DNA from: an uncultured delta proteobacterium
GTDB lineage: Bacteria > Myxococcota_A > Polyangia > Fen-1088
DNA: 64,000 nucleotides
Reading direction: 5' to 3'
Assembly: GCA_963737265.1 (NCBI GenBank)
Contig: CAVTRY010000016.1
Coordinates: forward strand, 64,001-128,000
In this document: one piece after another, positions 31,155 through 41,381 of the stretch
How the letters are laid out: every line of letters starts with the position of its first letter
Position numbering within the stretch: the stretch's first letter is position 1
Notes under the pieces: model-generated
Told to the model about the DNA's origin: nothing
Databases searched by the model: none
The model's input: only the letters and a program-made list of their open reading frames with translations
Made by a program: the position numbers and the translations under genes

Positions 31155-31519
31155 GCCCGGACCAACTGAGCCGCGACGGTCGTCAGAAAGTCCTGGTAGC
31201 GCATCGGCTTGGCGATGTAGCCATCACAACCGGCGGTTCGAATGCGCGCTTCGTCGCCCTTCATCGCCAGGGCGGTCAGCGCGATCACCGGAATGTCGCG
31301 CGTCGCCGGGTCCCCCTTGAGCAGCACGGTGGCCTGGAGGCCGTCCATGCCCGGAAGCTGAATGTCCATCAAGATGAGCTCGGGTTGCTCTTGGCGCGCC
31401 AGCGCCAGCCCCGCCTCGGCATCCGTCGCGCTGAGCACGGAATGCCCCGCCGATTTCAGCAGAAATGTCGCCAACGTCATGTTGGTGGCGTTGTCCTCGA
31501 CGATCAGGACTTTGGCCAT
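31151..31519 (-). CDS. Single-domain response regulator (DivK-like)
   Basis: VLIVEDN, MDIQLPGMDG, AGCDGYIAKP. Confidence 0.93.
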   Translation of the reverse strand: MAKVLIVEDNATNMTLATFLLKSAGHSVLSATDAEAGLALARQEQPELILMDIQLPGMDGLQATVLLKGDPATRDIPVIALTALAMKGDEARIRTAGCDGYIAKPMRYQDFLTTVAAQLVRA

Positions 31520-31520
31520 G

Positions 31521-34022
31521 TCAGCCGATCAACTGGCGACGCGACATGGCCCGCCGCACTTCGGCGGCGATGCGGTCGCTGTGGAACTCGGCCTTCTCCA
31601 CGATGGTCGTTACGTAGCCATTGAGCCGGGTGCGGTCTTCGGCCGTGACCTGTTTGGCGGTGACCACCATGATCGGAATGCGGGCCGTATCGGGCTGTCG
31701 GTTGAGCGCCTCGACCACGTCGAAGCCGCTCACCTCCGGCATCATCAGGTCGAGCACGATCAAGTCCGGGAGCTCCCGGCGCGCGGTATCGATGGCCTCC
31801 CGGCCGCCAAAAGCGCGCAGCACCGTGCTTCCCAAGGTCGGCAGGTAGGCGGCAATCAGCTCCACCGCCTTGGGATCGTCGTCGACCACCAGGACTTTGA
31901 GCGTCTGACCCTGCGCGACGGGGACCAGGCCGAGCTCCCGGAGCGACTCGTAGAGCTCCTGGCGTGAAATCGGCTTCTGCATGACCGCCGCGGCGCCGAA
32001 GGCGAAGCCCTTGTTGCGATCCGCCACGATCGAAATGATCACCACCGGAATGCGCCCAAGCGCCGGCACCTGCTTGAGGCGATTGAGAAGCTCCCAGCCG
32101 TCCATGTTGGGCAGCGTGATGTCGAGGGTGATGAGCGACAGCGGTTGCTGCACCGCCAGCACCATCGCCGCCTCGGCGGAGGCGGCGTGCAGCACCTTGA
32201 AGCCCTGCGCCTCCAGCTGGACGCGGATCAAGTCGGCGGACTTGAAGTCGTCCTCCACCACCAGCGCCGTGCGCACGCCGGCCCGCGCCTCGATGAAGGG
32301 AATGGCCGGCACCTTGACCGACGTGCGCACCCCCTCTTCCGGCGCCCGGAGCGGCAGCCAGACGGTGAAGCAGGAGCCCTGGCCCACGGCGCTCTCCACC
32401 GCCACCGCGCCGCCGTGCAGCTCGGCGAGCAGCTTGACCATGGCCAACCCCAGCCCGGTTCCCTCGTATTTTCGTGCCAGGCCGCTGTCGATCTGGCTAA
32501 ACGGCTTGAACAGGTGCTCGAGCCCCTCGGGAGAGATGCCAATGCCGCTGTCGCTGACGCTGATCTTGAGGAACTCGGCAAACTCATTGTCGGCCAAGGG
32601 GAAGATCCGCCCCACCCATTCGCCCGAGAGGCGGCCGACCTCGGCGCGCGGGACGCGGCCGACCCGCAGGGTCACCTGGCCGCCCTCGACGGTGAACTTG
32701 ACGGCGTTGGAGAGCAAGTTGTAGGCGATCTGCTTGACCTTGCGCGTATCCGCCTGAAAGGACCCCAGCTCTCGAGCGGCGTCGACGCTGAGGCGGATGT
32801 GCCGGGCGGCAGCTTTCTCCCGGATGATGGAGAGGCTGTTCGAGAACAGGGTCGACACCTGCACCGATTCCAGATCGAGCGTCATCGTGCCGGCTTCGAC
32901 CTTGGACAGGTCGAGGATGTCGTTGATGAGCGACAGCAGATGGTTGCCGCTGCTGAAGATGTCACCGATGAACCCCCGCTGTTGATCGGTCAGATCCCCC
33001 ATCAGGCCGTCGCGCAGGACCTCCGAGAAGCCGATGATGGCGTTCAGCGGCGTCCGCAGCTCGTGGGACATGTTGGCCATGAATTCCGACTTCATGCGGC
33101 TCGAGGCTTCCAGCTCGACGTTCTTCTGATGCAGCGTCTGCTCGTAGCGCTTCAGCTCCGTCATGTCGCGCGCGGCGGCGAACACCCCCTGTAACTTCCG
33201 GTCGCGATCGTGAAAGGTGGTCGCGTTGTAAGAGACGGTCGTCTCCTTGCCATCGCGGGCCCGCGCGGTGAGCTCGTAGTTCGTGACCTTGCCTTCGGCC
33301 AGCACCCGGTTGATTCCCGCCTCGGCCCGAGTCGAATCGGTGAAGTAATTCTTGAACGGCGCCCCGATCAGCTCATCCCGCGTGCAGCCGGTGAGGGCCT
33401 CCGTCTGCTTGTTGACGTCGGTGATGATCCCGCGCGGATCGGTCGCCATCAGGGCGTCGATGTTGGACTCGATGAGCGAGCGCGTATAAAAGTTCTGGTC
33501 GCGCAGCCGTTGATCGAGCTTCTGCCGCTCTTCCTCGACCTGCTTGCGCGCGGTGTTGTCGGTGCCGATGAGCAGATAGCCGATGATGATGTCCTGCGCG
33601 TCTCGCAGCGCCGTGATGGAGACCACCGCCGGAAATCGGCTGCCATCCTTCCGAAAGTAGGTCAGCTCGTAGATGTCCTCGATTCCGCGCGAGGCCTTGA
33701 AGACCAGGGCTTCGAAGCCCGGCGCAATCGGCGTTCCCAGCTCGGCGCTCAGCGCCTTGGCACGCGCGATCACCTCCTCCGGGTCTGAAATGTCGGCTGG
33801 CGTGATCTTGTTGATCACCTCGGCGGCGGTGTACCCGAGCATCCGCTCGGCGCCCACGTTGAAGATCTGGATGACGCCCTTCGCGTCGGTGGCGATACTG
33901 GAAAAATTGGCGCTGCTCAAGATCGCACTCTGCAGCGCGCCCGTTCTGAGGAGAGCCTCCGTGTGGCGGACGTCCAGGTTCAGGTCGGCCACATCCAAGG
34001 CAGAGTCGTTGGCGATCGGCAT
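31521..34022 (-). CDS. PAS-PAS hybrid histidine kinase with two receiver domains
   Basis: MSHELRTPLN, NAVKFT, DSGIGI, GTGLGL, two C-terminal receivers. Confidence 0.94.
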   Translation of the reverse strand: MPIANDSALDVADLNLDVRHTEALLRTGALQSAILSSANFSSIATDAKGVIQIFNVGAERMLGYTAAEVINKITPADISDPEEVIARAKALSAELGTPIAPGFEALVFKASRGIEDIYELTYFRKDGSRFPAVVSITALRDAQDIIIGYLLIGTDNTARKQVEEERQKLDQRLRDQNFYTRSLIESNIDALMATDPRGIITDVNKQTEALTGCTRDELIGAPFKNYFTDSTRAEAGINRVLAEGKVTNYELTARARDGKETTVSYNATTFHDRDRKLQGVFAAARDMTELKRYEQTLHQKNVELEASSRMKSEFMANMSHELRTPLNAIIGFSEVLRDGLMGDLTDQQRGFIGDIFSSGNHLLSLINDILDLSKVEAGTMTLDLESVQVSTLFSNSLSIIREKAAARHIRLSVDAARELGSFQADTRKVKQIAYNLLSNAVKFTVEGGQVTLRVGRVPRAEVGRLSGEWVGRIFPLADNEFAEFLKISVSDSGIGISPEGLEHLFKPFSQIDSGLARKYEGTGLGLAMVKLLAELHGGAVAVESAVGQGSCFTVWLPLRAPEEGVRTSVKVPAIPFIEARAGVRTALVVEDDFKSADLIRVQLEAQGFKVLHAASAEAAMVLAVQQPLSLITLDITLPNMDGWELLNRLKQVPALGRIPVVIISIVADRNKGFAFGAAAVMQKPISRQELYESLRELGLVPVAQGQTLKVLVVDDDPKAVELIAAYLPTLGSTVLRAFGGREAIDTARRELPDLIVLDLMMPEVSGFDVVEALNRQPDTARIPIMVVTAKQVTAEDRTRLNGYVTTIVEKAEFHSDRIAAEVRRAMSRRQLIG

Positions 34023-34275
34023 GCGTCCTTGCTATGAGCGGCGACGGTAGAGATGCCGGACCATCCTTGGCTGCCCGACGAAACAGCACCCAGCGCCGCT
34101 GCTCAAAATGGTTACTGAGGCGACGTGCGTGTTCCCGGCCCGATCCATAGCGCCAGCGCGACCTTGGTAATGTCCGGAGGATCCCCGGCGCCGTGTAGTG
34201 GTTTCCCCGAGTTCATCGTGGGCGCTTCGCTGGTGTCGCGGGTGGGGGTGGGAACGTCGTCGCGGGAGGCCGTAC

Positions 34276-35205
34276 TCACGCTTCTGCAGCAATCGGGCGG
34301 GTGTGTGAAGGACGCGATCCCGCCGCCGCGGGGGTGTCGGGGACGATTTCGGGAGTGAGGGCTTCTGGCGGCACGCGGCGCAGGTCCCACACCAGCCCGA
34401 CCGCGGCGAGCAACCGGAGGACGTAGTAGGTGACGTCGACCTCCCACCAGCGAAACCCCTGTCGGGCCGAGCTTTGATAGTGGTGGTGGTTGTTGTGCCA
34501 GCCCTCGCCGGTCGTCAGCAGCGCGAGCGCCAGGCTGTTGCGGGAGTCATCGGTCGTGGCGTAACGCCGACGGCCGAGCATGTGGGCGAGCGAGTTGATG
34601 GCGAACGTGCCGTGCCAGAGCAACACCGTCGAGACGAAGAAGCCCCAGACGAGACCGTGCAGGCCGCCGAGCGCCAGGCAGGCGAGCGCGTAGACCAGCG
34701 CCGGCAGCAGCTGGACCGCCTTGCGATTCAGGAAGCGAAGCTCCGGGTACCTGGCCAGGTCCGCGACCAGGTCCATGCGGGTGCCGTTGTTGCCGGGGCC
34801 GAGGATCCAGCCGACGTGCGCGTACCAGAAGCCGCGCTGCTGTGCCGAGTGGACATCCTGGGGCGTGTCCGAGTGCTTGTGGTGCCAGCGATGATGGCTG
34901 GCCCACCACAGCACCCCCTTTTGGGCGGCGCTTTGCGCGCCAAGCGCGAGCAGGAACTGAAACGCCCGCGACGTCTTGAACGAGCGGTGCGAAAAATAGC
35001 GATGGTACCCCGCGGTCACCACGACCATTCGGACGAAGTAGGCGGCGACGGCCAAGGCCAAGCCGCTCCATGACGGCCCGCAATAGATGACTCCCGCGAG
35101 AGCCGTCAGGTGAACTCCCCAGAACGGCGCGGCGCCCCTGCTGAAGTAGAGACGGCGGGCAGGGACCCTGCTGGGTGCCGAGGGACGACCGGCTTTGACA
35201 GGCAC
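34276..35205 (-). CDS. Delta-9-type fatty acid desaturase
   Basis: His boxes HRYFSH, HRWHH, GEGWHNNHH. Confidence 0.93.
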   Translation of the reverse strand: MPVKAGRPSAPSRVPARRLYFSRGAAPFWGVHLTALAGVIYCGPSWSGLALAVAAYFVRMVVVTAGYHRYFSHRSFKTSRAFQFLLALGAQSAAQKGVLWWASHHRWHHKHSDTPQDVHSAQQRGFWYAHVGWILGPGNNGTRMDLVADLARYPELRFLNRKAVQLLPALVYALACLALGGLHGLVWGFFVSTVLLWHGTFAINSLAHMLGRRRYATTDDSRNSLALALLTTGEGWHNNHHHYQSSARQGFRWWEVDVTYYVLRLLAAVGLVWDLRRVPPEALTPEIVPDTPAAAGSRPSHTRPIAAEA

Positions 35206-35487
35206 CTATTCTTTGTAACGGTCGGTGCGTCACCGAAAGGCCAGCTCTCGGTCACAATCCCGACAGGCGCGACCGTGGGGGGCGCAGCGAAAAGGGCGTT
35301 CCTGGAGCGTGCGATGCCCTGGCCCCCGATTTGGCAGTTGCCACCAGTAAGGCGGTCGCCGTCGGGCCATGCGCTCCGCCCTTGACGCCCGCCGGCCCAG
35401 CGACACCTTGCCACTTGGCGCGACTTCGGATCAGCTCGGCGCCACCAAGCACTATCGACGGACAAGATCGACACGATCGAAAGGAAG

Positions 35488-36639
35488 GTGCGCATGCCGA
35501 CAGACGGTCGAGGAGGCAACGAGCCGGATCTCCGGCGTATCGGCATTCATCCTGATTTTTGGTATCCGCTGGTCCGATCGGGGGACTTGCGGCCGGGTCA
35601 CACCTGCCTGACGACCTTCGCTGGTCAGCCGATCGTCCTGGCGCGCGCCGAGACGGGCCAGGTCTTTGCGCTGGATGACCGCTGCGCGCACCGCCAGTTT
35701 CCGCTGCACAAGGGCGTCGTCTGCGGCGAGATGCTGAGGTGCGCCTACCACGCCTGGACGTACCGGCAGGACGGGCAGATCGCGGCGGTGCCGTACTTGC
35801 CGAAGGGGGCGGCGCGCCCGGCCGGCGTCAGGAGCTATCCTTGCCGCGAGGCCTACGGTCACCTGTTCGTTTTTCCCGGCGAGCGCGAGAAGGCCGCGCA
35901 GGTTCCGCTCCCGGAGCTGTCGGGCTACCAGGCGCCGAACACCCGCACCATGGCTTTCTGGCGCAAGGTCGCCTGTCACTACTCGTTCATGCACGAGAAC
36001 CTGATGGACATGAACCATCAGTTCCTGCACCGAGGGATCATGGGCACCATCAAGCCGACGCTGCTGGGATTCGATCGCGGGCCTGACTGGGTCGAGGCGC
36101 GCTATCGGTTCCAGAGCGCGGCCGGCAAACCCGCGCGGGGTGCCCGGCTGCTTTTGGCGGGCGGAGGCGACGTCGCACCCTCATCCAGCAACGGGCACGG
36201 CGCGGCCGGCGCCGATCTGATGACCATCCGCACCGTCTATCCTTATCAGATCTTGAGCCTGTTTCGCGGCGGGGCCTCGCACCCGTCATTCAATCTGTGG
36301 GCGGCATATGTTCCTGTCGATCGTGAGCAGCGAGCCAACATCAGCATGGGTTTGCTGACCATCGAAAAGCCGTCGGTTCCCGGTTTGATCGGCCTGTTTT
36401 GGCCGATGATCCGTCGTTTCGCAGAGGCGGTGTTCACCGAGGACCGGGCGGCGGTGGAGGCCGAGCAGCAGGCCTACGACCAGCAACGAGGCGACCGCAA
36501 CCAAGAGATCAATCCGGTGATCATTGCGCTGCGCGAGGTGCTGATTCGAAATGGCCTGCCGCTCGCGAACGAACAGGTCGGGCATCTGGCAGTGTCCAGC
36601 GCCGAGCTCAGCGCGGCCGAGGCGAACGGCGTCCGTTAG
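35488..36639 (+). CDS. Rieske non-heme iron oxygenase alpha subunit (VanA-like class)
   Basis: CAH..CAYH Rieske ligands; ENLMDMNHQFLH and ED mononuclear iron motifs. Confidence 0.9.
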   Translation: MRMPTDGRGGNEPDLRRIGIHPDFWYPLVRSGDLRPGHTCLTTFAGQPIVLARAETGQVFALDDRCAHRQFPLHKGVVCGEMLRCAYHAWTYRQDGQIAAVPYLPKGAARPAGVRSYPCREAYGHLFVFPGEREKAAQVPLPELSGYQAPNTRTMAFWRKVACHYSFMHENLMDMNHQFLHRGIMGTIKPTLLGFDRGPDWVEARYRFQSAAGKPARGARLLLAGGGDVAPSSSNGHGAAGADLMTIRTVYPYQILSLFRGGASHPSFNLWAAYVPVDREQRANISMGLLTIEKPSVPGLIGLFWPMIRRFAEAVFTEDRAAVEAEQQAYDQQRGDRNQEINPVIIALREVLIRNGLPLANEQVGHLAVSSAELSAAEANGVR

Positions 36640-36939
36640 CCAGTTCATCGGGCAGATGCGCCGGTCGGGATCGCTCGGCTCATCGGCGTCGCGCTCGGGC
36701 CGCGGCAGGGTCGAGTTTGAACGTCGCGGCGGTGATGTTTAGTTTCGATCCAAGGCACGGACGCTCGCTTCGCGAGCCACATGATGAGGACCCGTATGCA
36801 TGGGCTCACGCCCGAAGTGAGCCCGACATTTGTGTGCGGTGATCCGATTTGCGCCTCCGCCTCACGCCGCGCTCAGTTTGGAAATCCGAATCCGTGACCA
36901 ATCTTCATATCGGAACACTCAACTCGAACGGGGTGCACA

Positions 36940-37542
36940 ATGAAGAACCAGATCAAGAAGGGGATGTTGCTGGCGACCATGGGTGGAGGCGCGCTGGCGC
37001 TTGCTCTCTCCGGGTCGCCCGCTTTCGCGGAGAGCGGAGCCGATCAGGCCGGAATGCCGGTGGCAGGGGGGTCTGCGACGACGCACGGGTCGGGGACCGT
37101 GACCGCGATCGACAAGAGCACGCGCACCGTGACCCTGAAGACCGACTCGGGGGACATTCGCTCGTACCAGGTGTCGAGCGACGTGCAGGGATTCGACAAG
37201 CTCAAGAAGGGTGACAAGGTCGACGTCGACTACACCGAGTCGATCGCGATCGCGATGCTGCCGAAGGGGAGCAAGCTGTCGGCGAGCGAGCAGGCGGCGG
37301 CGACGAAGATGGGCGAGGGTGCGGGCGCGGCTGGCCGGCAGGTCACCGTTTCGGCGAAGGTCATCAGCGTCGATACAGCAAACAACACCGTCACCCTCAA
37401 GGGGCCGAAGGGCAACGTGGAGACCGTGGAGGTGAAGGATCCGGACAATCAAGCGAAGCTGCCGAGCCTCAAGGCGGGTCAGGTGATGCAGTTCACCTAC
37501 ACCGAGGCGGTGGCGGTGTCGGTCACACCGAAGGGCAAGTAG
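36940..37542 (+). CDS. Exported protein with two beta-rich repeats; paralog of 1483-2094
   Basis: Signal peptide ending AFA; repeats VTAIDK..LKKGDKVDVDYTE and VISVDT..LKAGQVMQFTYTE. Confidence 0.85.
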   Translation: MKNQIKKGMLLATMGGGALALALSGSPAFAESGADQAGMPVAGGSATTHGSGTVTAIDKSTRTVTLKTDSGDIRSYQVSSDVQGFDKLKKGDKVDVDYTESIAIAMLPKGSKLSASEQAAATKMGEGAGAAGRQVTVSAKVISVDTANNTVTLKGPKGNVETVEVKDPDNQAKLPSLKAGQVMQFTYTEAVAVSVTPKGK

Positions 37543-37564
37543 CGACGGTTCGGTCGAGACGCGA

Positions 37565-37597
37565 GCGGGGCGCTCCACGGGGCGCCCCGTTTTTTTG
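37565..37597 (+). terminator. Rho-independent terminator
   Basis: GCGGGGCGCTCC-AC-GGGGCGCCCCGT hairpin followed by a T run, 23 bp after the stop codon. Confidence 0.85.
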
Positions 37598-37652
37598 TTT
37601 TGTTTGTAGTTGTAGGTCAGCAGCGTGAAGCCACACGGGTGGCCCCGCTTTG

Positions 37653-38798
37653 TCATGGCTGTTGCGCCGGGGCCCCCGCGTCGTCGCCGACCCACGCCTT
37701 GAGCAAGGTGTACGTCACCGCCAACAGCACCGGCCCCACGAACAGCCCGATCGTTCCGAACGACGCCAGGCCGCCGATGACCCCAGCGAGCGTCACCAGC
37801 ACGGGGAGGTCCCCCCCCTTCTTGAGCAGCGCCGGCCGCAGGATGTTGTTGATGAGCTCGGTCGCGACGGACCAGAGGATCAAGAATATCCCCCAGCCCA
37901 CACCCTTCGAGGCGAAGGCCCAGATCACCACCAGCGCGAGGATCGGAATCGGCCCTATCTGCGAGGCGCACAGGGCAAACATCGCCACCGTGAGCGCCGC
38001 TGCGGCCGGCACCCGAGCGATGGCCAGCCCGATACCGGCGAACGCCGCCTGTGCCAGTGCGGTCAGCACCACGCCGAGCGCGACCGTGCGGATCGTTCCG
38101 CCGACGAGGTCGACCGTCTGATCGCCGTACTTGCCCGCCACCCGCCTGGCGAACGCCCTGACGCCGGCCACCGCTTGCTCACCGCGCGCGAACATCACGG
38201 CCTGGATGGCCACGGTCAGCGCGAACTCGAGCAGGAATGAGCCGAAGCCGCCGAACTCCTGGCCGAGCCAGGCGGCGATGCCTCGGATATGGGTCTCGGC
38301 CTTGGCGACGAGCGCCGGCACGCCCGCGGCGGCGGCGCTGCTCCAGGTCGCGGCGGCCTTGCCGCCCACGAGCGGCAGCTTGGCGAGCCAGGCCGGGGCG
38401 GGCGGGATGTGATAGTGGGGCACGCTCGACAGGAAGGCTTTGATCCGCTCCATGTTCTGCACGAGGGCGATGACCATGGCCGCCAAGGGGACGAAGACGA
38501 TGGCAAGCAGCCCCAGCGTCATCACCGTGATCGAAAGCGACCGCTTCCCCCAGAGCCCCTTCTGCAGGCGGACCATCAACGGCCAGGTGGCGACCGCCAG
38601 AAAGGTGGCCCAGACGATTGCGCCGAGGAACGGCTTCAGGATCCAGAACGGCGCCGCGATCAGGAGGGCGATCAGCAACACAGCGATGACCGTGCGCGTG
38701 AGATCGGGGCCGCGGGGCTCGGGCTGGGGGCGCGAGCCCGCGGATGGGGGCGTGGTCTGATTGGCCGGTGCGTCGCGCACCCTCGCCCGGTGTTTCAT
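37653..38798 (-). CDS. ydiK: AI-2E family transporter (YdiK-like)
   Basis: DLTRT, PFLGAIVWA..ATWP, PPAPAWL..LPLVG, QIGP, NNILRP, GVIGGL..FG.IGLFVGP. Confidence 0.85.
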   Translation of the reverse strand: MKHRARVRDAPANQTTPPSAGSRPQPEPRGPDLTRTVIAVLLIALLIAAPFWILKPFLGAIVWATFLAVATWPLMVRLQKGLWGKRSLSITVMTLGLLAIVFVPLAAMVIALVQNMERIKAFLSSVPHYHIPPAPAWLAKLPLVGGKAAATWSSAAAAGVPALVAKAETHIRGIAAWLGQEFGGFGSFLLEFALTVAIQAVMFARGEQAVAGVRAFARRVAGKYGDQTVDLVGGTIRTVALGVVLTALAQAAFAGIGLAIARVPAAAALTVAMFALCASQIGPIPILALVVIWAFASKGVGWGIFLILWSVATELINNILRPALLKKGGDLPVLVTLAGVIGGLASFGTIGLFVGPVLLAVTYTLLKAWVGDDAGAPAQQP

Positions 38799-38895
38799 CG
38801 CTTGTTCTCTTCTCGCCTGCGACGCTGGAGCGTTCGCGGGGCGCCGGGGCCAATCTAGGTCCAGGGCTCGTCGCGGGAGATCGGGCGCCGCCTGA

Positions 38896-40782
38896 ATGTC
38901 GCCCGCCGAGAATCCGGCTTGGAGCCAGCCACGACCGTCGTTGCGATCGTTCGGTCGCGCCACTCTGGTACCATCGCCCACCGTGCGGCGGTGGCTCGGC
39001 TCTCGGTGGATCGGGCTCTGCGCGGCAGCGCTGGCGGTCGCCTTGACCCTCCCGTCGCTGGGCAATGGGCTCGGCATCGACGACCACCTCTACCGCGCGC
39101 GGGTTCTGGGCGGCTGGGATGCTGTCCGCTCGACAGCCGACCTGTTTTCATTCGCCGATCCGGGCCGCCCCGCTGACGTGCGCCAGGAAATGGAGAGCGG
39201 CGAGCTCTCCTGGTGGGCGGCGCCGCACTTGCGCTGGCGTTTCCTGCGGCCGCTGCCCGCGCTGCTCCACCATCTCGAATTCCGGCTGTTCGGTCGCGGC
39301 GGGCTGGCGCTCATGCACCTCGAAAGCGTGCTCTGGATGGCGGCCGTCGCCGCCGCTGCAGCGATGCTGTTTCGACGAATGCTCGCACCCTTGTGGATTG
39401 CCGGCCTGGCGGCGGTTCTCTACGCGATAGACGACGCACACGGTTTCGGAGTCGGGTGGCTGGCCAGCCGCTGCACGCTGATGGGGACGTTCTTCGCCAT
39501 CACGTCGCTCATCGCGCACGATCGCTGGCGCAGGAACGGATGGCGGCTTGGTGCGATCCTGGCGCCCGGCGCGCTGCTGGTCGCGCTGCTCTGTACGGAA
39601 GAGTCGGTCGCGGTCGTCGGCTATCTCCTGGCCCACCTGCTGGTGCTCGACGACGCGCCGATGCGACGCCGGATTCGGGCCCTCGCCCCCTACGCGGCGA
39701 CCATCGGCGGCTGGTACCTCTTCCGGCGAGCCCTCGGCTACGGCACCGTCGGTCCAGGTTCTTACACGGATGCCTTCAGTCAGCCGCTGACGTTCAGCGT
39801 GCAGACGCTGGCGCGCATCCCCATCTACGTTCACAGCCAGCTGGGAGCTCTGCCGGCGGATCTGTGGGAGGTGTACTTCGTTCGCCGGGGACTTGGCTGG
39901 GTCATGGTGAGCGCTGGCGTGGCCTTCATGGTCATCATCGGCGCCGGGCTGGGCCGCCTGGTGCTGCGGGACTGGGTGGCTCGGTTCTGGGCGATCGGGG
40001 GCGGCCTCGCGCTGGTCCCGATCTGCGGGGCACATCCGAACGATCGCCATCTCTTCATCGTGGGGCTCGGCGGAGCGGCGTTGGTCGCGCGTTACCTGGC
40101 CGCCTGGGCCGACCGCCGCGCGCCCCAACAGGCTTGCTTGCTCCCCCGGCGAGGCGCCAGCGTACTGGCCGGTTTCTTCGTCCTGGTCCACGTGGTGGTC
40201 GCGCCGATCGCCCTGCCGATCCGGGCTCGGATTCCAGGCGACCTCCATCGAAGTCTCGATCGCATCGACGCGCGAATGCCGCACGACGATGGGCTGGTCG
40301 CGCAAGATCTGGTTCTGGTCAACGTTCCTTTCAAATACCTGTGCAACCTGCCCAGCGTCGTTCGACGTTCCAATGGCGGTCCCTCGCCGGCGCACTGGCG
40401 TTGTCTGGGCGTCTCTTCAGACGACGTGACCGTGAGGAGAGAGGATGACCGGACGTTGGTCCTCGTCCCGTCGGGCGGGTACCTCCGGAGCTTCGAGGAC
40501 ACCAACGTCAGAGCACGCGGAATCCCGTTCGCGCCGGGCGACCGAGTCAGTCTGCCCGGGTTCGAGGTCGCAGTCCGACGTGTCACCTCCGACGGGCGCC
40601 CCCAAGAGGTCGCCTACCGGTTCGATCGATCGCTGGAGGATGCTTCGTTGCGTTGGCTCATCTGGCAGGACGATGCCTATCGACCGTTCGCACCGCCGCC
40701 GCCGGGCCACGCCGTCTCTCTGCATGCCCAGCACTTCGCCTGGGCGGATCTCCTGAGACCCGAGCGGGAGAAATCGCCGTGA
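38896..40782 (+). CDS. Polytopic membrane protein, GT-C/ArnT-like architecture
   Basis: DD after the first TM segment, FLRPL, many TM segments, (K/T)EES motif, soluble C-terminal domain; family is an inference. Confidence 0.55.
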   Translation: MSPAENPAWSQPRPSLRSFGRATLVPSPTVRRWLGSRWIGLCAAALAVALTLPSLGNGLGIDDHLYRARVLGGWDAVRSTADLFSFADPGRPADVRQEMESGELSWWAAPHLRWRFLRPLPALLHHLEFRLFGRGGLALMHLESVLWMAAVAAAAAMLFRRMLAPLWIAGLAAVLYAIDDAHGFGVGWLASRCTLMGTFFAITSLIAHDRWRRNGWRLGAILAPGALLVALLCTEESVAVVGYLLAHLLVLDDAPMRRRIRALAPYAATIGGWYLFRRALGYGTVGPGSYTDAFSQPLTFSVQTLARIPIYVHSQLGALPADLWEVYFVRRGLGWVMVSAGVAFMVIIGAGLGRLVLRDWVARFWAIGGGLALVPICGAHPNDRHLFIVGLGGAALVARYLAAWADRRAPQQACLLPRRGASVLAGFFVLVHVVVAPIALPIRARIPGDLHRSLDRIDARMPHDDGLVAQDLVLVNVPFKYLCNLPSVVRRSNGGPSPAHWRCLGVSSDDVTVRREDDRTLVLVPSGGYLRSFEDTNVRARGIPFAPGDRVSLPGFEVAVRRVTSDGRPQEVAYRFDRSLEDASLRWLIWQDDAYRPFAPPPPGHAVSLHAQHFAWADLLRPEREKSP

Positions 40783-41381
40783 TTGGGCGGGCGACGAAGG
40801 AGCGAACGGTCGGTCTTCTCTTGCTGTTGCTGATGGCGGCGCACACCGTGACTCACCCAGATCGCGGAGCCTGGGTGTTGCTTTCAGCTTGCGACGTGGC
40901 CACCCTCGCGACGGCCATCGGTCTCGGGGCCGGATGGCCGAGGGCCGTCGCGGTGGCCTTTCTCTTCCAGATCTCGATCGGTCTTCCGGCCTTCTTCGTC
41001 GGCCTGGCGACGCATACCTACACACCCAACCTCACGTCGGTCGCGATCCATCTGTTGCCCCCTTTGGCGGGAGGGTGGGCCGTTCGCCGAACGGGTCTGC
41101 CACCTCACGCGTTGGCCGCCGCTCTTCTGGTCTATCTTCTCGTCGTCGTCGCGAGCTTCTTGTTCTCTCCACCCGCGCTCAACGTCAACCTCGTCTTCAC
41201 CGTATGGCCCCCGATTCGCCGGTTGGCCTCCGGGCGCCTGGCGGGGCTGCTCCTCTTCCACGGGGTCGGCCCGCTGATCCTGCTTTCCGTCGGAGAGGCC
41301 GCGCTGCGCCGCGGGTTTCCGGGCACGCTCAGTTCGATACCGGCTCCATCACACGCGCCCCTTCGAGATAGGTCTGGATGA
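40779..41381 (+). CDS. Hypothetical membrane protein
   Basis: GTGA overlap with the previous gene; about 6 hydrophobic segments. Confidence 0.65.
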   Translation: MIGRATKERTVGLLLLLLMAAHTVTHPDRGAWVLLSACDVATLATAIGLGAGWPRAVAVAFLFQISIGLPAFFVGLATHTYTPNLTSVAIHLLPPLAGGWAVRRTGLPPHALAAALLVYLLVVVASFLFSPPALNVNLVFTVWPPIRRLASGRLAGLLLFHGVGPLILLSVGEAALRRGFPGTLSSIPAPSHAPLRDRSG

